Assembly (NCBI GenBank): GCA_024704765.1
Contig: JAKMXF010000355.1
Span: 6,459-70,458 of the forward strand
Reading direction: 5' to 3'
Length of the DNA stretch: 64,000 bases
Source: Oopsacas minuta
Lineage: Eukaryota; Animalia; Porifera
Shown here: piece after piece, positions 27,867 to 38,893 of the stretch
How positions within the stretch are numbered: position 1 is the first letter of the stretch
Layout: each line of letters starts with the position of its first letter
The notes under the pieces: model-generated
What the model was told of the DNA's origin: nothing
Seen by the model: only the letters and a program-made list of their open reading frames with translations
Databases searched by the model: none
Program-made: the position numbers and the translations under genes

Positions 27867-28034
27867 CAGGGGCGTAGCCATCTGTCCGGTTGGTCAGGTT
27901 TCAACCTGGCCAATTTTACTACCAAATTTCCAATAATTCACTAACTGGTCTAGTTGTACAAGTTAACCTAACCACTTTGTCTTGTTTGTGCCGTATTGAA
28001 CCGGACCTCTTGGATTTTCATGCCTACGGCCCTG
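27867..28034. mobile_element. Short hAT-type MITE
   Basis: Ends CAGGGGCGTAGCC ... GCCTACGGCCCTG; no TSD match. Confidence 0.5.
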
Positions 28035-28183
28035 GGTATCCAATAATCAAGTTGAGGACTGGAAAAGAATTGGACTTACTATTATAATTAAAGGTATGTT
28101 TTGCTTTCGTTCAAAATGCCTTAGAGTATAAAAGTTATAAAATACAGGTCAATACTCGATATAACACCAATGAGTGCAGACAT

Positions 28184-30784
28184 CAGTGGCGTAGCCACGG
28201 GGGGGCAAGGGGGGCACTTGCCCCCCCTTCTTATTGTGGACTAACGTTTTTGTCCGGCCTTTAGTAGTGTTCCTATTTCAACCAAGTACTGGGAACTGGA
28301 ATAAATTATGATTTACCATTAAATTACTTATCTATTATATTATGCATTGGTATTCCAAAATTGTTTTATTAGATTAAATTTATTTGTTTATCAAATGGAG
28401 AGATTAAGAAGATGCAACTGCATCGAATTTGAGTCTAGAGATCCATGTGAAGATCCCCTAAAGATTACATAATATTTAAGCATTATGTAAGTCATGGTCC
28501 TTTACAACCTCTTTCAGGACAATCAAAATATGAAGGAAGATGTTTCCGAATTGAATGGTATTCTAGATTCAAATGGTTAGAATATAGCTTACGCAAGCAA
28601 AGAGCATTCTGTTTCTTTTGCAGATTGTTCACTAATTCGTCTGCTTCACTATTTGGTGGGCATGCAGACAAGGCATTTTCAGAAACCGGTTTCGACAATT
28701 GGAAAAAAGCTTTGGAAAAAGATCGTGGATTTCATTCACATGAACAAAGTAAAACTCACTCTGATTCTGAAAGATCGTATTTAACTTTCATGTGCTCTAA
28801 GCCGATTGATACACTGATATCAAATGAAGTTGCTCAACAACAAACAATTCGATCACACGCTATAATTCGAGACAGAAAAATGATCGGAAAGTTATTCAGT
28901 ATTGTGAAGCTTTTAGGGAAGCTATCGTTACCTTTCCGTGGTCACGATGAAAGTATTATCTCAAATAATAGAGGTGTATATATTGAATTTGTACATTTTT
29001 TGGCAAACAATGGAGATGATGTCTTGAATGAGCACTTAACAAACTCAAATAAGAATCAAATGTACCTTAGTCCACAAATTCAGAATGATATGATTTCGAT
29101 TATTGGGAATGAAATCAGAAGTAAAATTGTTGGTTACATTAAAGAGGCAGGTATTTTTGCAGTATTGATGGATGAAACAACTGATGTATCTCATAAAGAA
29201 CAGCTTACTGTCATTGTCAGATATGTGAACCCTTTAAATGGCAAAATTTCAGAGAGTTTTGTTGCTTTATTAGAAAATCCTATTACTACTGGAGAAGAAA
29301 TTACAAATATTCTAATTAAAAAACTAAACAGTCTTGGATTACAAGTTGAAGACATAGTTGGCCAAGGTTATGACGGAGGAAGCAACATGTCCGGGATTCG
29401 CAAAGGTGTACAAGCAAGAATTCGCGAGTTAAATCTACTAGCACTATTCACTCATTGTTATTCCCATAGTCTGAATCGAGTGTTAGTGAATTCTGTTTGT
29501 AATTATAGAAACATTGAAGTAAGTAAATTCTTTGGAATAGTGGAATTAGTATACACATTTATTGAAGGTAGTGCGCAGCGACATGGTTATTTTATTGAGA
29601 GACAGAGAGAGATACAATCTGATCAACGTCCTTTACACTTAGTTGGTCTATCCGACACAAGGTGGAATTGCAGGGCGTCTTCTTGTCAACGATTACTAAA
29701 TGAAGTTGTATTCAAATCAGTTTTGGATACAATTGAACATGTTTGTGCTACTACTACAGATGGTAATTCTAGAGGTACAGCTACTGGCCTTTTAGCGAGT
29801 ATATCTACTTTCAACTTTGTAATTTCTCTTGTCACAGTTACTCCTATCCTTTTAGCTATCAATATAATAAGTGAAACATTGCAGAGTTGTCAAATAGACC
29901 TATTAACGGCAAACAAACAGATCCATGTATTAAAAATTGAACTACAGAGATTACGTACTGAAAACGTCTGGTTGGATGCGTTTAGTAAAGCAGAGAATTT
30001 CGCGATAAAGTTAGGCCTCAATACTGAATTTAGCACTCAACGTTCAAGAAGAGTTTCTTGCAGAGTTGATAATAATCCTTCTACAGGAATAATATTTTCA
30101 CCAAAAGATAATTTGAGAGTAAACTTTTACGAAGCATTGGTCGATAGTATGATTTCTGAGATTAATTCTCGCTTCCCCAATCAATTAATTAATTTTGCAT
30201 TTTTGGATCCAAGGAATTTTGAAGCCATTGACGCAGAGGAAAATCTTCTAAAACTTGTTCATCAATACAAAAAAATATCTCCAGACCGTTTTATAGCTGA
30301 ATGGAACCTAACAAGGCATTTTATAAAACAAGACACTCCTTTACTTGATGTTTATAACGAATTACCTCATTCATACACAGAACTCCGCTACATGTATCGA
30401 ATATTATACACACTCCCAGTGACTACAGCCCATGCAGAAAGAAGTTTTTCTAAATTGTCTTTGATTAAAACTAAGTTACGGTCTATAATGTGCGAAGATC
30501 GTCTAGAATCATTGATGTTTTGCTCAATAGAGAAAGAAATTCTGCTTTCTCTAGATAATGAAGAACTCATTTCTAAGTTTGTATCCATGGCAGATAGGAG
30601 ATTACAATTATCTTAGTATGTGCTGTGTTGATTAGATTTCGATAGACATCATTCATAGTATATTCATTAAAAATAAATTGATACGCGTAATATAATATAT
30701 TGGTAATTAGGTTATTTGTTATGTTTAGAGTAATAAATAATTTTAATTGCCCCCCCCTTCCAACTATTCCTGGCTACGACACTG
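28184..30784 (+). mobile_element. Full-length hAT element with 8-bp TSD
   Basis: TIRs CAGTGGCGTAGCCA / CAGTGTCGTAGCCA; TSD GCAGACAT at 28176-28183 and 30785-30792. Confidence 0.97.
28395..30616 (+). CDS. hAT transposase (TTF zinc finger, DUF4371/ZMYM1-like core, hATC dimerisation domain); one apparent 1-nt deletion near 28455
   Basis: 663-aa ORF from 28625 is open upstream to 28451 and there encodes RCFRIEWYSRFKWLEYS...AFCFFCRLF; motifs LMDETTDVSHKEQ, GQGYDGG, HCYSHSLN, SDTRWNCR, AERSFSKL. Confidence 0.9.
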
Positions 30785-31541
30785 GCAGACATGATGGGAT
30801 TTCAACAGCACCTGACTTTGAGAACACCTTCTTTAACTTCAATAACTTGAAGGTATATGATACAATATTATTAAATGGCTAATTTTGAAAGTAAGGACAT
30901 TTTAAAGCAAAATACCAGTAAAATTTAAGTAAGTTTCAAAGGAGATTGTAAGAGTGTTAGAGATTAATTGAACTATGTATGCATGAATGTAACTAGGTAT
31001 GAATATATCTTTATATACTAGCGAACTTCGCTTGCTAGGTCGCTGTGCCACAGATTAGGGCCTCGGTTAGCGTGGGTATCATACAGCTAAATTATATAGT
31101 GATATTTGGTTGCTACGCAACAGAATATACTCGGGACTACGTGCCTCGAATTCACAGATCAGATAAAATGTTATGATGATATTATCCATGGCACAGTGGA
31201 TGATTCCCTTACATAAGGGGAAACTTTCATATTGAACTCTTGTCAATGTATCCAAATCTACAATTGCTTTTTATCTGAATCAACTTACATAAGTGTTGTA
31301 CTTGCTCAAAGTCTCACCAAATTATGTTAATTGTCAGGTCTTTTGAAATCATAAATTTGTTCACCCAACATAAATTCCTATAAATAGAATTTCAACCTTC
31401 AAAATACTATCAAAATTATACTGGGTGTAGTTCAAATGTCAATTTACAGCTCAAACCCAATAAATATTAATTTTCATTAATTTTCTATTCTTAAACTTTG
31501 TGATGATACAGCATAATTATAGGTTATGTAATATAAATAAT

Positions 31542-33600
31542 CAGGGATGCCAACCTCTCAAAACAAAAAGCGGGAGGTCTTCACCATTTTGGCGGGAGTT
31601 TGTCAAAAAAGCGGGAGACTTAAAATATGCGCTATTTAAGCTTAATATCGTAATAAAATATCATTATAAGGGCCTCTCTAATTGTCCAAGTCTCTATTGT
31701 CTACATTGTTAGCGCAATTTTATCATAGTAATACACAACTTCTCCAGTTAACTAGTCGGGGTTCTCTAATTGTCCACTTCGGACCCGACTGCCCACTGGT
31801 GGACAATTAGAGAGGGCCCACTGGATTTAATATTCCTATTTGTATTGTTTTACCTATTAAATTTTCCCTCATCCCCTCGTATGGACACAATACAGCAAAA
31901 ACAAAATACAAAGATAGATAATTAAGTGATTAGCTTCGATACTAGTGTTTCACATGGAATGTTCTATTAGGAATGTTTTTTGTTGTAGATAGATGTCGCT
32001 GACTTTGAAATCCTCAAAAGTTGTCTACTGGGTTCATAATCAAAGCATGGCTCAATGTTATTCAGCTTTACCGTCAGTAAACTCGAAAGGGTGCCATCAT
32101 AATTTAGCTTGTTCCTTTGAGGTGTTTTATTATGCTTAACAAAGCTAAAAATTCTTTCTTCAGTCGCATTTGAATGGGGCATCACCAAAACTACCTCAGC
32201 TACCTTAGAAAGAAGTTTAAACCTTTGCAAGCCATCAGGGGTCAACAACTTAAACAAATAGCCCATACAACATCCATACGATGACAAACGAAATGTTCAT
32301 CATTGTGGGGGAGTTCTTCTGCGATATCTACTCTGACTGATGCTTCGTCCCATATCGTTTCAAGTATATCCATTATTTGCATCAGTTGATAATCTACAAA
32401 CTCTTCAAACAAACTAGTCATTTCATTTTGAGAAAACTTAAAAAAATTCCTATAACGGATTGCAAAGAATTCAACATCGGAGAAATGAGCACTAGAATCA
32501 CGCTTTAGAAAATCAATGAATTGAGCATGTTTTATAAAAGAATCTCTGAGAGGTAGTCTATCAATTAAATAAAAAGTAGCACTTTCAAAAAACTTTCTTA
32601 CCACTTTCAATAACTGAATATACTCTTGATAAGAAATGCTTCCATCCTCAAGGTATCGATTTATGAGCTGACGAGTTGTAATTCCAATGAACAGTTCATG
32701 GTCGTTTAGTTGATTTTCAATATTGGTATATTCGACCAAAAATATATCAGTATATTGTTTCAACACTGCAACTCGAATGAACCTTGAAAGGAATTTCTTA
32801 AGGAAAGAAATTATGTGATCGTATAACAAGTGAATGAGGGGCTCATCTGTTTGTAGAAATAAATTTAAACGGTTGAAAACTGAAAGAGTGGATTGAAAAA
32901 ATAAAAGATACACTTCAGTGATTGGCGAATTAAACAGGCTGTGTAATCTTGTAAATCGAATGTTATTTTCTGATTCAGATGAATAATAGGATCGAAGACC
33001 TACATATACTTCTAGAGTTCTTTCAATAGTGATATGTAATGTGAGCCATCTGGTGGAAACATGTCTAATAATCTCCTTAAAAGTTGAATCGCAAAATTCT
33101 AAATACTCGGCCAAGATGTTTCGCCGTTTACAACTGAAGTCAAACCATAGAAGATATCTATCATCATTTCTTGAACATCGAACCCTGTGATAGAACAAAA
33201 TGAGGCTGCAGCAAAACTTGCAGCATTGTGAACTATATGGCAAGGACAGCCTAAAAAATATACAGATGGGTTGAGTTTTTTCACACTTGTCATAATTGAG
33301 TGATGTTTACCAAGATTAACACTGGCGTTGTCACAAGAAATAGCGACACAATTAATCAGAGGAATTTGAGAAGATAGAAAAATATCCAATAGCTTAGACA
33401 TTATAGTGTCTGAGCTATGAAGATTGCGACCAGTTGTAGTGTACATATCATAAAATCTAAATTCTACTTTATGTGTTTTGATGTCAAATATTCTCACAGT
33501 AACTGGATTCATTTTTATTAATCCAGAATCATTACCACCATCGATAGCCATGGAAAATGGATGATCAAGCATTATAGAAACTAACTGCTCTGAATAATTC
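31542..33600 (-). pseudogene. Second hAT family: decayed transposase with 3' TIR
   Basis: FSMAIDG, GCPCHIVHNAA, HVSTRWL, PHSNATEERIFS; terminus CAGGGATGCCAACC at 31542; other end not found. Confidence 0.85.
31670..31819. mobile_element. ~150-bp MITE nested in the hAT 3' region
   Basis: GGGCC(C)TCTCTAATTGTCCA inverted at both ends. Confidence 0.7.
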
Positions 33601-33844
33601 TTCCAGAATCCTAAATATTCATCTCGCTTGTCTTATTAGTAAAAGAAGAGGAATTGCAGAATAAAACCATAAAGATTAGTTTGATTTTTGAGACAGAGGA
33701 ACACATATGTACATGATCAATAATCTACATGATTAAAATGATAAGTTGGACCTTGTATCTATAACGTATAATTAGTTAGCATGGTACAGCGATTCATCAA
33801 TCAATTTCAACTGTACGTGAAATTTAATGGTGATTTTATACTAA

Positions 33845-34480
33845 AACAAGTGTGTTCATTGTATTTCAACAGGTTGCACTTATTCACTGTTCGGATCTGT
33901 AAAAGTTAAATATTTCAATTTCAACTGTCTGCACATATTCACGGCGATTCCAACATGTGACAAGTATATTCATTCAATTTCAACAGTCTCAACTTATTCA
34001 CATTGAATCTTACCTATAGCAGGTATAATAATTAAATTTTGACTGTCTGCACTTATTCACGGTGATTCTAAAATGTGATAAGTTTCATCATTCAATTTCA
34101 ACTGTCTGAACTTATCCACGGAGATTCTAACCTGGGGCAAGTTGATTTATTCTATTACAACTGTCTGCAAGTATTTACGGTGATTCTTACCTGAAACAAG
34201 TTTAATCATTCTATATCAACAGTCTGCGCATATTCAGTCTGATTCTGACCTATAACAAGTATAGTTATATAATCTCAACTTTGTGCACATATATACGTTA
34301 ATTCAGAACTGTAACATGATTTATCATTCAATTTTAACTGTCTGCACTTAGTCACGGTGATCCTAACTGAAACAAGTATATTCATTGTATTACCACTATC
34401 TGCACCTCTTCACATTGATTCAAACTAGAAACAAGTTGACTCAATCCATTTCAACAGTCTATACTTGCCACATTTATTCT
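33845..34480 (+). repeat. Degenerate ~59-bp minisatellite, about 11 units
   Basis: Recurring TTCAATTTCAACTGTCTGCACTTATTCACGGTGATTCTAACCTG..ACAAGT with ~59-nt periodicity. Confidence 0.85.
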
Positions 34481-34649
34481 CACCAGTCTGATAGAGCGGA
34501 ATATATCAGTAGATGTATATCTTGAAATAAATTGTTTTTATCCGCAAATCATTTTGAGAGCGGACAAAACATTTCTATTATTGCCAATTCAATAACTGAT
34601 ATCCGACACATTGATTCAATTTTTTGCGTAATATTTTCGAAATATACAT

Positions 34650-35700
34650 CCATATCGAATAACAATGGTCATGAATATCACATAAATCGAGCCAAAGAAC
34701 ACATCTTTTGACAAACAGAGAATAAATTCCCTACTATGGACTTTGTTCATATATTTAGGAGTATTCACAACAATTGACTTAATCAAAAAGATTTTGAGAA
34801 AACATTCCGTTATCTAAATATCGAAAATTTTGCGGTTGCTTATTGCGAAAATACAAGTACATACCGCTTGTTTCCAAGATGTACGTCTGGTTTATAACTC
34901 AGAAGGTCAAAGTTCAGCTAAACTAGCTCATCATCTGATATTGAAAGCCTATTTTCCTTCTGTTAGAGAAGGACAAAATGTATTATTGATTCTGAAGGTC
35001 CTTAACGAACTAACACTAGCTGCTCTAAGAATTCTAGAAGATTGTCGGCTACCCCAATATCGTGAAAATTCTTATGACTTCATATGTATGCTTCTTTCAT
35101 TATGGAAAACTATTCAGCATCAATACACTGTTTAAGGGCATCCGTTTAAACGATAGCCTCTCGAATCCTTTGACTCTATATAATGAAATATTTCCTTATT
35201 AACTTGTGTTGCATTTTGGTTAGATGCTTGGGAAGCGATACCTGGTAAATTAGGGAAGTTGAGTAAGCATGCATTATATAGTCTTAAACAAGCACGTATT
35301 GCACACAAAAATCACAAACATTTAGTTCAAAATTGTGGGTTTTCATACGTTCTATCATCTAATTGCAAACAAAGCCGCTTGAGCATCAGTTGGGCTATAT
35401 CGAATAAAATCGGGGTCGAATTACCAAATAAATCATTGAATCAGAACGGCGTCTCAAACTATCCAGTGTCTTAAAATCTTTTTCTCAAAAATCCGAATCT
35501 TCGTCCATATACCAGATACCCCTCAATATGATGAATGTCATGACACCATGATTTTCACCAAGTCAATCCTTTCCATGGAATAATTAAGCCATCATGACTG
35601 TATAAACACGAAAACTTTCCTAATGGCGAAAATTATGAGATTTTCTAAATACTTTATTCATGAAGTGCTGAGATTTACAACTAAAACCTACGTAGCAGTT
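34650..35700 (+). pseudogene. P-element/THAP9-like transposase remnant
   Basis: DFVHIFRSIHNN.LNQKD; KLAHHLILKAYFP...GQNVLLILKVLNE; YVLS...LEHQLG...SGSNY. Confidence 0.7.
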
Positions 35701-37277
35701 CCTGTGGGAATTACAACAGAAAGCCAAAACGAAATTTGGATGGACCATAGATAAAATTCTAGTTAAATTCCTGCTAATTATTCACTTGGATGCACATAGT
35801 GCAGAATACTAAATCCCTTCGAGTTGCCAGCAAAACACAAAAATATGCTAATTTTCCAGGTAAAATCCACCAATGCAAAAAATCGCCTCTTAATAACCCT
35901 TAGAGAAACTAAAATAGAAGTTAAAACGAAAAGCATTAGCAAATCAAGACACAATACTACCAAGGGACTTTAAGAGCCTTGGAGCTTACTAACTATTGTT
36001 TTACTTTGTGTATGAAGATAATAACAATTAAATTCATTGATTGGATAAAAATTTCAAAGCAAAATGAAAAATTGGGGAAGGCATCAGCTTTCCCGGGGTG
36101 CACAAATCTACGTCGGCATCAGATATAGCAGATTAAATAATTAATCTGCAAAAATGCATCTGTCCTGCTTTGGAATCGAGAGCAGAACGATAAGCCTGTA
36201 TTTGATTGCAACCTAAAGTCAGACTTATCTCTAGAGGCAATCAAAGGAAGAAATGGCACCTATGAAATGGTAATTATAAGAGTATGTAGGAAATCTCGTA
36301 TGTACAAGGGTAAAATTTGGTACTGACTATCTAGATACTCACCGAACGTCACCTAAGAAGAATGAGCGGAATTAGATTAAGCTCCAATTTTCGAGAGTGG
36401 ATGAACTGCCCACTCTCATTGGTAATTAGGAGCGGATAGGTGGAGCAAGCTTCGCACAAGCGGAAAAAGGGTCTCGAATTAGGGTGAGCAATGATAACGT
36501 CAGGCCCACAACCCGATAATTTTTGTATTATGGTGGCGGAATATCTGGGTGAGCACCCGAAATCCAGGGTCGACAGTTGACAACTCAAAATGGCTCAGTT
36601 ACGATTATGACGCGCGGAGCAGAAAAAAGTAAAAAAATTTAAAGGCATAATAAGTTGTAATGCAGATACATAAAGGTTGCAATCGAAAAGATCAATATTC
36701 GGCTACACCAGTTCAGACATTCATCTAGCGTTTCGAGTATAACATAAATTAAATTTCCCTCAGACAAATGGACTAAGAACATGGGGATAGCACCTGATAA
36801 GGGCATACACTAAATTGCATTTTCATAATTAACGCTGGTTGGCTCCAGGAGATGAGTTTCCGGTGTTCGGTTGGTTTACAAAAACATTCGGCTAACTAAA
36901 TATATTTTCGGGATGGCGAAAATTAGTACAGTGCTACCTACACCAAGGACAGTAAAAATGTGGTCGCCTCATCCGGAATTAACCTGAGTAGTAACAATAG
37001 AATAACCATTTTAGGGGAAAGATTTTTCGAATTTGTTTTGTTCTTATCCAGAAATTCGTATTAGCGAGAGTCTACTGTATTCGGGCGACAAGATATTTCG
37101 GCAATCCAACATGTGTGATCGATTAACTGGTTACGAAATGTTCGGTTTGAGCGTTTTCAACTTTAATATAAACTTATGTACAAGTAGATAACCAGTGGTT
37201 CATATCGAAACATGGGTAAGACATCAAGCGAAAGCGATAATAGTAATATAGATAATAGATAAATCTCCAAAGTATTA

Positions 37278-37616
37278 CTATGTAGGTGATTGCAAATCAA
37301 TTCTTTCTTTCGCCCTAAAGACTTTGGACTGAATATAAAACGATCCACCATTACGTTTATCATTGGCATTAAATAAATATTGATAATTCCTCTCAACTTC
37401 CTTTGGGTCAAATGATTTGAGGTTCAAAATTTGTTTGGATTCTTCAAGTGTCATTCCAGATAGAATATCAGAGGATACTTTGTTTGATATTCCTCCTCCT
37501 CCAACATGATTGTTTCCATTATCAAAAGCGGAAGGTTGGTTTCTTATAGCTTGAGAGAGAGCCCTAGAAAAGATAGATACACCATACAAAATTAGACGAC
37601 CAAGATTCTTAGCCAT
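37278..37616 (-). CDS. PAM16: Mitochondrial import motor subunit PAM16/TIM16 (Magmas), single exon, 112 aa
   Basis: [20 protein letters not shown]-terminus and J-like domain [12 protein letters not shown]...[31 protein letters not shown]. Confidence 0.95.
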   Translation of the reverse strand: MAKNLGRLILYGVSIFSRALSQAIRNQPSAFDNGNNHVGGGGISNKVSSDILSGMTLEESKQILNLKSFDPKEVERNYQYLFNANDKRNGGSFYIQSKVFRAKERIDLQSPT

Positions 37617-38893
37617 CGAAATAGATTCAAAAATGTTGCTCTAACTCATTTAAGATTAAGGAAAAAAGAGAATAAAGCCTACATACATACATACATACAA
37701 TCGTTCTACACTCATGGGTATGACTACATGAAGTATACAGTGGCGGCGGAATCATTTCGAAGTAGGTATGAGCAATTCTCATTTAGGCCAAAATATTACT
37801 TTCAACTACAGTGTAATTTACATGATTTCTTGAACATACATAATTAACGGAAGGGAACAGTACTGTTCTGTAATTTGTTGATAGCTAAATTACGAAAGGA
37901 ACGGAACGATTGGTAGTTGAATTACACTCTAGGACCCTAGGGTCCTAGATATAATTTTCCTACATAGTATACCCCAAATCTAGGTTTAGTACTATTGTCC
38001 ACTTGGTAGAAAACAAGAGGAGTTCCAAAGAGACATCAAATGATTCGAATCAATTTAAAAGATTATAAATTAAGTCAATAACCTGAATTTACAGGTAGAA
38101 TCCAATGTTAATACAATATGAGGTCAAATAGTATAGCTGTAAAATTGATTAAACTAAAGCCAAAGGTGATCTTTGATTTGTGGCCAGTGGAGCGGAGCCT
38201 AATTTTTAAAGTGACCGTAGATTTAAAAGTTTGAGCACCCCTGTACTAAGACAACCAATTTAAAACGGAGCCACTATACTATAAAATTGGAGTAATCAGC
38301 ACAGTAAAACAATTATTAGACAGTCAGATAAGCGTTATACAGATTATATATAAATCTGCCACTCCACCAGAAGAGTTGTGCCTCAAAATGGGTAATCGGA
38401 CACTTCGTCTGCGGACATTTCGTCCACGGATATTTCGTATAGGACAATTCGTATAGCGACATTTCATATAATAGACATATCGTATAGTGGACAATTAGTC
38501 CAAATATTGTATATTACATGCTTACTAAAAAATTGGGTAAACGGACAATTCGTCGCATGGACAATTCGTCACTTTTATGACTTCGCTATTTAGTCTTTGT
38601 TTCATAAGAAGTGTTGATTGAGGTTGTGAGAAGTAAATTGTTTATATCCCACTCTTGAAGTTTGGAATTTGCAGCTGATTGGTATGTTGTCTATTGTAAC
38701 ATGATCAAAATAGTATAAAAATCAGTCAAAAATGGGGATTTAAAAAGTCTTAATACTACCAAGAAACTATGGCTACTTTCCTAACTTCTTCGTTTTCGAT
38801 TGAGAGGATTCCGAGTGAAAGAAATAAGGATAAACCAAGCATTCAAGGTTTTATTCATACTTTGAATAGAAAATCTCACGATAGCGAATACTG

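Noticed and set aside
31192-31198. Isolated CACAGTG (and CACTGTG at 3657-3663)
   Set aside because: No 9-mer box at 10 or 19-20 nt, no partner end and no TSD found.
36848-36886. Canonical RSS nonamer-like ACAAAAACA at 36878
   Set aside because: No acceptable heptamer 12 or 23 nt upstream; expected by chance in AT-rich DNA.
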